Source: Rhizophagus irregularis (Eukaryota). Taken from it: DNA of 64,000 nt. Positions 50,624 through 62,904 of this stretch are shown here, piece by piece. The notes below the pieces were generated by a model. That model was not told where the DNA came from and ran no database searches. It saw only the letters and a program-made list of their open reading frames with translations. Position numbers and translations under genes: made by a program. Location: positions 3,906,001 to 3,970,000 of the forward strand of contig NC_089429.1 in NCBI RefSeq assembly GCF_026210795.1, read 5' to 3'. Numbering within the stretch: position 1 is the first letter of the stretch; the number at the start of each line of letters is the position of its first letter.

Positions 50624-50800
50624 TATACATGCTGCCCAAATTATTTTGGGATGCCATAATTATAATTTGGGATGCTATAATTCATTCGGTTTATATATAA
50701 TTTACTATGTAAAGTGCCAAAATAATTTGGGATGCCATAATTGAATTTGGGATTTTACTTATAATTACGGCAGTCCAAAATAATTTGGGTGGCATGTATA
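50624..50800. mobile_element. Small hAT-like MITE
   Basis: TIR TATACATGCTGCCCAAATTATTTTGG; TSD GGGTAATG/GGGTAATC. Confidence 0.8.
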
Positions 50801-51313
50801 GGGTAATCAGATACTTTTTAAGATTTTTTAAAATGCTAAATATGTGAAAAATAATCATGTATTCAAATGTAAAATAATCTATTATATAATTAAAATTTTA
50901 TTTTTAAGGCAAATTAACTAATAGAAAATTGGTTAAAAATCCATTTCTTTTATAATTCCTTAATTTTTACTGTGCAATTTTTGGCCAGAATTATAAACAA
51001 ATTTTTGTATTTTTGATATGTGAAAAATAAACATTTTTTATAATTTTAAATATACTATTATCTAATTAAAATTTCATTATCAGATAGGATTAACTAATAG
51101 GAAATTGGTTAAAAATCCATTTCTTTTATAATTTCTTAATTTTTACTGTACAATTTTTAGCCAGAATTATAACCAAATTTTTATATTTTGATGAAATTTT
51201 AAAACACAAATTTGTGAAAAATAATTACTTTTTATAATGTTAAATATACTATTATCTAATTGAAATTTTATTTTCAGAATAGGTTTTTTATCATAAAATA
51301 TATTAAAAATGTA

Positions 51314-51479
51314 TTTTTTTTTTATTTTTTTTAATTAAGGTAGTGCAATTTGTGAGTTTATTAATTATATGTGAGAATATAAAAACATCTGTTATATAAC
51401 TAATTTATTAAAACTTCAAACCAGTTCCCCATCCATAAGATTTCTCCTGTGCCCTACCATTACCTTGTAAAATTCACCT
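51314..51479 (-). mobile_element. LINE 3'-end remnant
   Basis: T run followed by sequence that is a diverged reverse complement of the LINE 3' UTR at 62950-63100. Confidence 0.6.
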
Positions 51480-52155
51480 TGTGACACGCCGCCCATAGGA
51501 TATTAAAATAAAATATCGTATGTTGCCACCGACGTGTTGAGTTCGTATAGTATCTATGCTTGGTTTTAAAATAAAAATTAATTACAAAAATTACAAAAAC
51601 ATTATTTCTTACCGAAATTTTAAATTACAATAGTTTTTCTATATTTTCAATAAACCATTAATTAAAATGAAATAATTAATGTGGCACTTTTTACTCATAA
51701 GAAAAAGGCTAAAAGAATGTGTTTGTTTATTATTAAGGATGAAATAAAATTTTTATTTTTCAAAAATTGAACTGCAGAATTTCCTATCGAAATCCTCTTG
51801 TATTTATACATTTTTAAGAAAAATATTTCTAATATTTCTAATATTTCTAATAAAATTTGAAGATCTATTATCATATGACTTTCTCGTTATACTAAACTAA
51901 ACTATAAATATAATTTTATTGGCTAATTATTTATCCATCGGCTAAATATTTATCTGTCACTTACTGCGCCATGTAACTTATCACGTGACTTTTGTATTCC
52001 CAACTATTTCTTCTTGTGTAACCATATCATGTGACCTACTGCGCCACAGGATTTACTGCGTCATTTATTTATTATATTTTCAGTTATTACATTTATCCTC
52101 CTCTTGAAAAATTTATGTCCCATAAATTAAGAATCGAATTCGGGTCTCAAACATA

Positions 52156-53379
52156 TTATATTATTATATATGGTTCAAATATTTCCCTATCAAAATATTC
52201 CTTTAATAATTCTCCATTTACTGGTCTTCTTAAAATTCTTCCATTTAATTCTTTAATTTTGTACGATCCATTTATTATTACTTCATGTATATAATATGGT
52301 CCCTTCCATTTTTCTTCCAATTTTCCTGTATGTGTTTTGTATTTCGCCGTGTCAAAGTATAATACTTTATCTCCTATTTGAAAGTTTTGTTTTCGTTTTC
52401 CAATTTTGTCATGATATTTCTTTTGTTGTTCTTGTGCTTTTTCAATATTCTTCTTCGCTTCATTTCTTTTTATTGGTAATTCTTCTATTATATGTTCTAT
52501 TCTTTTAATCATTGTAATTCCTTTAACTTCTTCATCATTTGGTAATATTACTCTTCTTCCATAAGTTAAATAAAATGGTGTCATTTTACTTGATTTTTGT
52601 ATTTTACTCCTATATGCAAATAATATTGGTGCTATTCTTTGATCCCAATTTTTATCTTCATATTCTCTATTTCTATATATCGTTAATTTTTCTTTTACTA
52701 ATTTTGCCAATGATTCTATTAATGTTTTATTAAATCGTTCTACTAATCCATTTGTTTTAGGGTGATAAGGAGTTGAGAATTTATGTTGAACATTAAATTT
52801 TTCTGTAAGATCTTTAGTTAATTGATTATTAAATTCTGATCCATTATCTGTAAGTATTTTCTTTGGACATCCATGTCGACAAATTATTTCTTCATAAATG
52901 AATTTTGATATTTCTTTTGCATTTGCTTTTTTTATTGCTTTTGCTTCTAGCCATTTTGTAAAGAAATCTATTGCTACTATTATATATTTATTTCCTTCTT
53001 CTGTTCTTGGTAATGGTCCTATTACATCTATTCCAATCATATAAAAAGGTTCTTTTACTTCTATTGGATGTAATTCATGTAACCCTTGTGGATTATTTCT
53101 TCTTTGACAATTATCACAACTTTTTACATATTTTTCTACATCTCGTTTCATATTCTTCCACCAATATTTTTCTTTTACTTTTTCATATGTAGCTTGAATC
53201 CCAAAATGTGCTGATAATTCATGATCATGCATCATATACATTATTCCTTCTAATTCAAATCTTCTTATTACTCTAAACTTATTTTCATCTTTAATTTTAT
53301 ATAAAACTCCATTTTCTTGTACGTATTTTCCTTCTTTTTCTATATTCTTTAAAATTTTATCATATTCTTTTTCATCCAT
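52156..53379 (-). CDS. Integrase (HHCC, DDE, GPY) in a stand-alone ORF
   Basis: H..H...CDNC, GIDVIGP, TDNG, VERFN, WKGPY. Confidence 0.93.
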   Translation of the reverse strand: MDEKEYDKILKNIEKEGKYVQENGVLYKIKDENKFRVIRRFELEGIMYMMHDHELSAHFGIQATYEKVKEKYWWKNMKRDVEKYVKSCDNCQRRNNPQGLHELHPIEVKEPFYMIGIDVIGPLPRTEEGNKYIIVAIDFFTKWLEAKAIKKANAKEISKFIYEEIICRHGCPKKILTDNGSEFNNQLTKDLTEKFNVQHKFSTPYHPKTNGLVERFNKTLIESLAKLVKEKLTIYRNREYEDKNWDQRIAPILFAYRSKIQKSSKMTPFYLTYGRRVILPNDEEVKGITMIKRIEHIIEELPIKRNEAKKNIEKAQEQQKKYHDKIGKRKQNFQIGDKVLYFDTAKYKTHTGKLEEKWKGPYYIHEVIINGSYKIKELNGRILRRPVNGELLKEYFDREIFEPYIII

Positions 53380-53580
53380 TTGTTAATAAATTTTCTATTT
53401 CGTTTTCAAATGGTAAAATAAATTTTATTTCTTTTTCTTCAAATAATATGCAATGATAATTTATATTTGTATGAATTATAAATATATATATTTCTAATCC
53501 TATTCTTTCAACCATTTTTTTTTTATTTTATTCATCTCGTTATTCATTATTATTTATTATTTTTTAAACTTTTATCTTTC

Positions 53581-55008
53581 TCATATTAACCTTGACATCG
53601 CATCAGCATTCTTATTTTCTTTTCCTAGTCTATGTATTATTTCAAAATCATATTGTTGTAATTCCATCATCCATCTTCCTCTTCTTCCTTTAGGAACTTT
53701 TGATGTACTTATAAATCCTTTTAATGCTGCATGGTCTGTTATTACTTTAAATTTTCTTCCAAATAAATATTTATGAAAATATTTTATTTCCCAAAATACT
53801 GCTAAACATTCTAATTCTGTTATCGGATACCTCTTTTCTGCATTTACTAAACTTCTACTTGCATAGCTAATAACTATTTCTCTATTATTTTCATCTAATT
53901 GTTCTAATATAGCTCCTAATCCTTCTCCTGATGCATCTGTTATTAATATAAATTCCTTTTCAAAATTCAGATGTTGTAATATCGGATAATTTATTAATTT
54001 CTTTTTTAATTCTTCTAATGCTTTTTGTTGTTTATCTGTCCACACAAAAGGAACATTCTTTCTCGTTAATTCCATTATTGGTTTTACTATTTTTAAATAT
54101 CCTTTCACAAATTTTCTATAATATGAACATAATCCATTTATTTCTCTTATTTGTTTGATATTCTTTGGCAGTTTTAAATTTTTAATCTTTTCTATTTTCT
54201 TATTATCTGGTTTTAACCCATCTGTTCCTACTATATGTCCCAAATATTCTACATTCTTTTTCGCCCATTCACATTTCTTTAACTTTAACATCATATTCGT
54301 TTTTCTTAATTCTTCTAATACTATTTTTATATGTTGTAAATGTTCATTCCAATTTTTCGAATATATTATAATATCATCTATATATACATTCATAAATTTA
54401 TCTAAGTATTCTTTAAATATTTTATTCATTGTTCTTTGAAATATTGCCGGTGCATTTTTTAATCCAAACGGCATAACATTAAATTCGTATAATCCTTGAC
54501 TACAAATAAATGCTGTCTTTTCTTTATCTTCTTCTTCCATCTCTATTTGCCAATATCCACTTGCTAAATCAATTGTTGTAAACCATTTTGCTACTCTAAA
54601 TTTTTCTAATAAATCATCTATTCTTGGCAAAGGATATGCGTCTGTTATCGTCATTTGATTTATTTTTCTAAAATCTATACAAAATCTTTTATCTCCTGTT
54701 TTCTTATTTACTATTACTACTGGTGACGACCATGGACTACATGATTCTTGTATTATTTCTTCTTTTAACATTTTATCTATTTCTCTTTTTATTATTTCTC
54801 TATTTTCCGTACTTTCTCTATATGCTTTTTGATTTATTGGCGTTTCATCTTTTAACCTTATATTACATTTTACTATATTTGTTTTACTTATTTTCTTATC
54901 TCCATATATACAAATATCTTCATATTCTTTAACTAAATCTTTTAACTCTTTTTCTTGTAATTTCTCTAAATCTTTATATTTTATTTCGTCTGTCCAGTCT
55001 TTGTGCAT
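53581..55008 (-). CDS. pol: Reverse transcriptase + RNase H
   Basis: RFCIDFRKIN, DLASGYWQI, MPFGLKNAP, YIDD, TDAS, ELECLA, NADAMSR. Confidence 0.95.
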   Translation of the reverse strand: MHKDWTDEIKYKDLEKLQEKELKDLVKEYEDICIYGDKKISKTNIVKCNIRLKDETPINQKAYRESTENREIIKREIDKMLKEEIIQESCSPWSSPVVIVNKKTGDKRFCIDFRKINQMTITDAYPLPRIDDLLEKFRVAKWFTTIDLASGYWQIEMEEEDKEKTAFICSQGLYEFNVMPFGLKNAPAIFQRTMNKIFKEYLDKFMNVYIDDIIIYSKNWNEHLQHIKIVLEELRKTNMMLKLKKCEWAKKNVEYLGHIVGTDGLKPDNKKIEKIKNLKLPKNIKQIREINGLCSYYRKFVKGYLKIVKPIMELTRKNVPFVWTDKQQKALEELKKKLINYPILQHLNFEKEFILITDASGEGLGAILEQLDENNREIVISYASRSLVNAEKRYPITELECLAVFWEIKYFHKYLFGRKFKVITDHAALKGFISTSKVPKGRRGRWMMELQQYDFEIIHRLGKENKNADAMSRLI

Positions 55009-55040
55009 CTTTAATGTCTCTCCACTATTATGGCCAAAAC

Positions 55041-55553
55041 CTAATAGTTTTCCTCTATGATATGTCCTTTTTCTTCATTATTTATTAAATATATTTCTCG
55101 TTCACTTGTTTCTTCATATTCATTTTCACTATCTTCATTTTCACTATCATCACTATCATTATCATCATTAATATTTTCATCATTATTTTCATATTCTATT
55201 GGTATTTCAATATCTTTTCCATCTTCTCTTAATATTAATGTCTTTTCATTATAGTCTATTATTCCTTTCTTTTCTCTTAATACATCATTTCCTAATATTA
55301 ATTCTTTTTCTACTGATTCTATTACGTCCATAATTATTTTCATTTCTGTATTTTCATTCATTTCTATTGTTATTTCTATTTTTCCTTTTGATGCTACTCT
55401 TATTCCGTTAGCCATTATAAATCTAATATCACTCTTTTCTATTATTGGAATATTTAATTCTTTTCTTAATTTATCTGATATTAAACTGACTGATGCTCCT
55501 GAATCTATTATTATTGATACTAATTTTCCTTTTATTATAACTTCACTTCTCAT
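55041..55553 (-). CDS. Retropepsin protease
   Basis: IIDSGASVSLIS, LILGND. Confidence 0.85.
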   Translation of the reverse strand: MRSEVIIKGKLVSIIIDSGASVSLISDKLRKELNIPIIEKSDIRFIMANGIRVASKGKIEITIEMNENTEMKIIMDVIESVEKELILGNDVLREKKGIIDYNEKTLILREDGKDIEIPIEYENNDENINDDNDSDDSENEDSENEYEETSEREIYLINNEEKGHIIEENY

Positions 55554-55607
55554 TGCTCTAGTTTCACTTTTATTATCTGCACTTTTTATTGGTTAGTCCG
55601 AGTGTAG

Positions 55608-57212
55608 TCATGCACTATTATCTTCATCATAATCTCTAGCTATTCTTCTAAATTTTGGATTTTCCTTATAAATTTGTCCATATGTTATATTCGCTTTTTC
55701 ATTATACATATCCATTACATATTTTTCTGGTGGTACATCAACTCGTACTCTAATATTTTTATTTCCTCTTTTCATTCCCGGATTTGGATATTCTTTTATA
55801 AAATGACCTCTTAATCCACATCTTTCACATTGGTTATGTATTTTTCTTGATCGATATGCTTTATCTCTATCTTCTTTATTAGAAAATCCTCTTTTTCTTT
55901 CACCATCAATATCCATTTTCATATCATATTCTCTTTTTGGTGGTATTGGAACATCTTCAATTTCCATTTCGATATCTTCATTATCTAAATCTCTTCCATA
56001 TTTTTTACCACTTCTTAAAGTTGGAAATATTTCTTTTTCATACTTATATGTTTCGTAATTATTATAATAATTACCATTATCATAATTTCTATTATTGGCG
56101 TAATATCTTTCATGATCCATTAAATTTATATTTCTATTATTACCATTATTTCTTCTTTCATTATTATTCCTATTAAAATTATTTTGCGTTCTATAATTAT
56201 TCCTTCGTCCTAATTGTGGACATTCTGGTCTTATATGACCTTCTTCATTGCATTCATAACATCTCATAGTTCTTGTATTTCTTGTATTTGTATTTCTATT
56301 TATATTTCTTCTTTGTTGATTTTTTATTTCATTTATCATTTCTCCCATAGCTATTTTTTCTGCTCTAAATTGTTCTAATGCTTTACTTAATTCATCAATA
56401 TCTTTTTCATTAACTGGCTTTTGCATTTTTTTATATATTTCATTTTCTTCTCTTTTATTCGTTTCTTCTTTTAAAATTTCTTCTATATTCTTTTCTTGTC
56501 TTATTTGTTCTATATTTACACCCGTTGTTTTCATTATCAATTCATTTTTAGCTTCTTCTTCTCTTCTTGCTATATTAATTGCGTCATTTAAATTCGTTGG
56601 ACTACTTCTTCTAACTTGGTACCCCAATGTAGGTTCTAATCCTTGGATATAATAATTTACTTGATACATATCATGTAATGCTTGACCTCTAGTTGCAATT
56701 CTTAATATTGATCTAAACCTTCTAGTATATTCTTCAACACTTTCATTTTTTTCTTGTTTAATCCTTGTCAATTCTATCATTTTTCTTCTTTTAACATCTT
56801 CTCTAGTGAATCTATTAATTAATTTGTTTTTCAAATTTCTATCATCATTATGATCACACCAGTTTACTAAATTAGCTGCTACTCTTTCTTTTTTCTCATT
56901 ATACCATTGTAATGCGGTTCCTCTTAAACATGTTATTGCTACATTTGCTTTATTTTGACTACATACACCTCCTCCAACATTTCCTTCTGTTCTTCCACTT
57001 ACTGTAAATGCTACTTCAAATTGTCTAATCCAATCGTTAACATCTTCATCTTCTTTTCCACTAAAAGTTGGCATACCTACTATTCCTCCCATTCCTGCAG
57101 TTTGAATTCTATCTATTAAAGTTTGTCCTGCTCCTAATGCATTATCTAATGTATTAGGTGCAAGTCCTATAGCATTTTCCACTATTCTCTTTATTTGATC
57201 TTGATTTGCCAT
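55608..57212 (-). CDS. gag: Gag with zinc knuckles
   Basis: PTFSGKEDEDVNDWI, QEKNESVEEY (MHR), CYECNEEGHIRPEC. Confidence 0.9.
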   Translation of the reverse strand: MANQDQIKRIVENAIGLAPNTLDNALGAGQTLIDRIQTAGMGGIVGMPTFSGKEDEDVNDWIRQFEVAFTVSGRTEGNVGGGVCSQNKANVAITCLRGTALQWYNEKKERVAANLVNWCDHNDDRNLKNKLINRFTREDVKRRKMIELTRIKQEKNESVEEYTRRFRSILRIATRGQALHDMYQVNYYIQGLEPTLGYQVRRSSPTNLNDAINIARREEEAKNELIMKTTGVNIEQIRQEKNIEEILKEETNKREENEIYKKMQKPVNEKDIDELSKALEQFRAEKIAMGEMINEIKNQQRRNINRNTNTRNTRTMRCYECNEEGHIRPECPQLGRRNNYRTQNNFNRNNNERRNNGNNRNINLMDHERYYANNRNYDNGNYYNNYETYKYEKEIFPTLRSGKKYGRDLDNEDIEMEIEDVPIPPKREYDMKMDIDGERKRGFSNKEDRDKAYRSRKIHNQCERCGLRGHFIKEYPNPGMKRGNKNIRVRVDVPPEKYVMDMYNEKANITYGQIYKENPKFRRIARDYDEDNSA

Positions 57213-58119
57213 ATCTAATAATATATTCTCTTGAAATAATTCTTATAAATTATAATCAGATATTTCACTTTCACTATCAGAATTTTCAATATTTAATGAA
57301 TTATTCGAATCTGAATTTTGACTTAGACTAAAACCTTCTGTATTTATAACATTTTCATTTTCGCTCTCAAATTCATTCTCATTAAAACTTTCAATATTTT
57401 CTTCCCAAATCTCATGTTCCTCTGGATCTAATATTTCTCCAATCTTTTCTGAATCATCTGTATCATCATTTTCTTCTTCAACTTCTTCCTTACTTTCTTC
57501 AATTTCAAATTTCTTTAAATATTCATCTAATATTCTCCTTATTTCTTTTTATTTTTATATTACATCATTTATTTTATATAATTCATTATTATCTTCTACA
57601 ATCTTTCATATCATTCTTTTATTGTAATAAAATTATTTCTCATATATCAAATAATAACATTTCAATATTTCTCATATTTACAATATCATTTAATTTTCTT
57701 TTTCATTTAGTAACCTATACCGGGCTTGCCTTTACCTTCTTCATAGAAGTATAGTAGTTTACGGGTTTGCTACTAATAACTTTTTCTTTTTCTCATAATA
57801 CTTTTAAATTTTTCAATCATTTATTAATTTCTTATTATTCACAAAATTCATTCTCATTATAAATTTTTATTCTCATTCAATTTTTAAATCTTTTCATTAT
57901 TATCTTGAATATTTCATTCATCCTTTCGATATATACTTTTTCAATATATCGTATATTTTCATTTCTCATATATTCCGTAATATTCCTTTTTCATAATATT
58001 ACTTTCACTTATTTTTCGTATATCATTCAATAATATTTTAATTTTTCTTATATATTTTCTTTTACTATATCCCTTTTCATATATAGTAACACTTTTCTCA
58101 TATTTCAGATAAGTCTTCC

Positions 58120-58282
58120 TTATCTATTATTTCTTTGATGATTTCTCATATCATCTATTACTTCTTTGATGATTTCTCATATCATCTATTACTTCTTTGA
58201 TGATTTCTCATATCATCTATTACTTCTTTGATGATTTCTCATATCATCTTTTACTTCTTTGATGATTTCTCATATCATCTTT
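58120..58282. repeat. ~30-bp tandem repeat x5 in the gypsy 5' leader
   Basis: ctattacttctttgatgatttctcatatcat repeated. Confidence 0.85.
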
Positions 58283-59555
58283 TTCTTATCTTTTTCACAA
58301 ATTTTCTTTCATTTTCTCATATAATTTTCTTTTATTTCTCATTTAGATCTTGTATGAAGACAATAATCTTTTACTTTTTCGTGAGCATGCACCAAAAATG
58401 TGACACGCTGCCCATAGGATATTAAAATAAAATATCGTATGTTACCACCGACGTGTTGAGTTCGTATAGTATCTATGCTTGGTTTTAAAATAAAAATTAA
58501 TTACAAAAATTACAAAAACATTATTTCTTACCGAAATTTTAAATTACAATAGTTTCTCTATATTTTCAATAAACCATTAATTAAAATGAAATAATTAATG
58601 TGGCACTTTTTACTCATAAGAAAAAGGCTAAAAGAATGTGTTTGTTTATTATTAAGGATGAAATAAAATTTTTATTTTTCAAAAATTGAACTGCGGAATT
58701 TTCTATCGAAATCCTCTTGTATTTATACATTTTTAAGAAAAATATTTCTAATATTTCTAATATTTCTAATAAAATTTGAAGATCTATTATCATATGACTT
58801 TCTCGTTACACTAAACTAAACTATAAATATAATTTTATTGGCTAATTATTTATCCATCGGCTAAATATTTATCTGTCACTTACTGCGCCATGTGACTTAT
58901 CACGTGACTTTTGTATTCCCAACTATTTCTTCTTGTGTAACCATATCATGTGACCTACTGCGCCACAGGATTTCATTTTCAGAATAGGTTAACTAACAGA
59001 AAATGGATTAAAAATCCATTTCTTTCATAATTCCTTAATTTCTACTGTGCAATTTTTGGCCAGAATTATGACTTAAATTTGATAAAATTTTAAATCATGA
59101 ATTTGTAAAAAATAATCATTTTTTATAATATTAAATGCACTATTATTTAATTAAAATTTCATTTTTAGGATAAGTTAAATAAGTTAAATATATTTAATTT
59201 TTAAGAAAATTAAACAAAAAGAATTTTAATGGTTAGTAATACAATGTTGCAATGGCTGCACATTAAATGATAAAAGAATTAACAAAGAAAGTAATAGTTG
59301 CTATTTCAATAGGGATTGATTGGATCTAACTTGCATAAACAGAATTTCTAGTTGTCAAAACACTCTCAACACCAAAATTATTAAAGATATAATAGAAACT
59401 AGAAATTACCAAGAGAGACAATATATCGCAGAATAGATATCTAGCTATATACAAATACATGACTATGATACGGCTTTTATTCAGAATACGTTATCAAACA
59501 GAGAATCTGTGTCATAACATATAGCATTATTGCATCAATTAAGATTACTGTTCAG

Positions 59556-60400
59556 TAAAGCTGCCACCCGAAATTAGGGAATTTTACCATTTGCCGAAAC
59601 CGAAATGGTAAAATTAATTTAGGAAAAATACTTAATTCTGAAATGCTGAAACTATTCCGAAATTTTGATTAGCTGTTATAATATCACGTGACCAAAATTA
59701 AATTTTTACCAAAATTATAACTATATTCTAATACCATAATTCTAGCTCCGTAGTGATCTTCCTAGTACGTATAGCTTCGATTTAAGCCAGAGACAATGAT
59801 TTTTTGTGATCACAGAATTTCACAGAAAATCACAAAATTTGGCTATAAAAATGTTGATAATTTTCAAGTTTTTGGCCTGATTTAGGATTTGAAATTATTA
59901 TAATTCTGGCAGACACTAAATTTGGCCAGATTTTATGAATCGTAATGTTGGGCAACCTTGCATAATTCTGGCCAAATCACAAAATTTCACAAAATTTACT
60001 TTTATCACACACAAAATTTACTTTATACCGCCACAAAAAATCATCGTCCCTGATTTAAGCCTATGTTCACTTTGTGTAATATATATACCATATAAGGAAA
60101 TTATGCGTCTTTATGCACTGATATTACACAAAGTGAATATAGGCTTAAAACGAAGCTATACACGTCAGAAAGATCGCTACAGAGCCAGAATTATGGAATT
60201 AGAATACAGATAAAATTTTAGCAAATTTATAAAGTCATGTGATTTTAGAATAGGCCAATCAGAAGTTTCGGACAATTTCAGAAGTTTCAGAAAGATTTCA
60301 GGATTTTGGAAGAATTTCGGGATTTCAGAATTAGTTTCAGGAATAAAATTCTGGCCGAAATTATTTCAGAATTAGGAAATAATTTCAGGCGGCAGCTTTA
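59556..60400. mobile_element. hAT MITE with nested elements
   Basis: TIR TAAAGCTGCC / GGCAGCTTTA; perfect TSD CTGTTCAG. Confidence 0.88.
59788..60052. mobile_element. Nested hAT MITE
   Basis: TIR CAGAGACAATGATTTTTT / AAAAAATCATCGTCCCTG; perfect TSD ATTTAAGC. Confidence 0.85.
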
Positions 60401-61946
60401 CTGTTCAGTCCATCTGACGTGATTAACATATATACTAATAGCTCAATGACAACCCAGTTTAATGTGAACCTAAACACCTTTACAAAACATATGGATACAG
60501 GATAGGTGATATTAAATGACAAAGAAGTAATATTAGAATGTAGCAGCTCAATCACAGAATGGCCTTCATTTACACGCGCAGAATTAGAAGCCATCCTATT
60601 AGCTATACTTGTCTTACAAACAGGACAGAGAGTAAATATACTCACGGACTCTCAAGCTGCAATAGATAGTATCAATCATATAAGAATAAATTTAACAAAT
60701 GGAAAAAATAAAATACGGGTATGGTGTAATACTAACAACTACAGTATAATTAGTAGTATAATTAATTTTATTGATAGCAAACACTTAGAGTTAAAACTAA
60801 TAAAAGTTAAAGGCCACTCAGGAATCAAAGGCAATGAAGAAGCAGACAGAGTGGCCAAAAATGATATGGAAAGATTAACTTGTATTACAATTAAGGACTC
60901 ACAACAAAAAGACTTAAAATATGATTTATACTGGGATGGTAATAGAGTTGACAGACACATTAGAAAATTCACAGATAACATATGTGAAGCGGCATTAGAG
61001 GCAGCATGCATGGTCTTCAATTGTGTAAACAGAACAATTTTTCAAGACACAACTCATATAATAGAAGAGAAAGTCACTTGGGCATTACTTAAAAAAAATA
61101 CAGGACTTAACTGTACAATGTCATCAATAAACAACAATTTCATCAAACATCTGAAACTTACAAACAATTTACTACCAACTTTAGAGATTATGAAAGAAAG
61201 GAGATATGATTTATATGGAGATGTAAAGTGTATGATGTGTCTTGAAAAAAATGAAGATGATGATCACTTAATCTACTACCAGCAGCTTAAGGATAAATGG
61301 TTAATGGTGGCTAATAATATTAAACATAAATGTGACCAAATGCTTAAAGACTTGCTTTCACAAGAGAAACACTTACAACTAAATTAAGAAGACACACAGC
61401 GATTGATTTTATGGAATAGGAATTTTTTTATTCATATAACAGGTTCTAATCAAGAATTACCTATTCCTTTTATACATCTAATGTTAAGGAATTTCTTTCC
61501 AAAAGAGAGATATAGAAAACTCAAGTCTATTGTTAAGTCAGAAAAAGTTATACTAATAATTACTACTTTGTTTTTAGAAATATTTATTAACGAATTTTAT
61601 AGAATCATTTGGCAACCACGTTGTAACCTGGTAACAGAATGAGAACATACAAAAGAATCAAGAAAAAAGACCTAAAGAAGAAAATACCAGCAAACCAACA
61701 TATTACATATAAAAGAATTCCAACTCAGCAAGTAGAAAGTGATACATATGATTTAAAGGGAAGACGAATTCTCAAACACAATAAACAGTGGTCAATTGCT
61801 CTTGAAAAAACAAGGCAATATATAAATCAGTTTATTAGGAAAGGAAATAGGGTAATTTGGAAGGTATATAATAACATTAAGACATACAAATACAGATATA
61901 ATTCTTTTTCTTTTGTTTAGAAGCATATACTGAAGCTATATGATAA

Positions 61947-62904
61947 GGCTGCTCCAATTTAATAGTTTGTTTAACGTCCTAACTTTATATAAAAATTGAA
62001 GGGGGGGAGGGGGTCAAATTACACTGGTAAAAAAATGATTTATCCTACACATATCTTACACATATTGGGTACTCAAAATGTAGAAAATCATACACAAATA
62101 ATACACATATCATACATATATCGGGTACTAATATATATATCATACATATATCAGGTACCTGATAGGTATACTATATATATAAGTACCCAATATGTGTATG
62201 ATATGTGTATTATTTGTGTATGATTTTCTACATTTTGAGTACCCGATATATGTAAGATATGTGTAGGATATGTGTAGGATAGACCATTTTTTTACCAGTG
62301 TATTAAGTAAACATTTAAAAATAAACATATAAATTAATAACCTTTAGTTTAGCAAAATAAATATATAGTAGTAAATTTTTCTTCAAACTATCATCTGGCT
62401 CTAATAACTCATTTTTTTCCCCATGATAAAAACAAATAATTTCTGTTTTTAAATGATGTCATAAATAATATATAGCTTCAATTGGACTACTACAATAGAT
62501 TTTTTGTTTAACATAAACTGTTTCGTAAAGATTGTATTTCAGAAGCTATAGGAGATTCACAAATATAAATCACATTATTTAATAAAATTTCTAAATTAGT
62601 TTTTTCTTTATCACTCTGCAATTTTACTAAAAATATGGTTTATTACAGATAGTGCAATTGATAAGTTTATGTATATTACTATTATTAATTATACCACTAG
62701 GAATAAGAAATTTTTTTATTTATTTTTATTTATTTTTATTATGAAGACATAGATCTGGGAGATTCAAAGAAATTCTTTTAAATATTGACAGATCGGCGAT
62801 ATTGTTATAATCACGTGATATAACATATGTTTGTTTATTTTTAAAAAATTTTCAAAAACGAGGGGGGTGGGGTACATTATACAAACTATTAAATTGGAGT
62901 GGCC
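61947..62904. mobile_element. PIF/Harbinger-type MITE
   Basis: TAA|GGCTGCTCCAATTTAATAGTTTGT ... ACAAACTATTAAATTGGAGTGGCC|TAA. Confidence 0.82.
62022..62300. mobile_element. Nested foldback MITE, TA TSD
   Basis: TA|CACTGGTAAAAAAATG ... CATTTTTTTACCAGTG|TA; nearly fully palindromic. Confidence 0.88.

Larger units (their letters stand above)
51480..58973 (-). mobile_element. Ty3/gypsy LTR retrotransposon
   Basis: LTRs 51480-52091 (TG...CA) and 58399-58973 (outer 37 bp missing). PBS TGGTGCATGCTCAC next to 58399, PPT AAGAGGAGGATAAA next to 52091; gene order gag-PR-RT-RH-IN. Confidence 0.95.
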
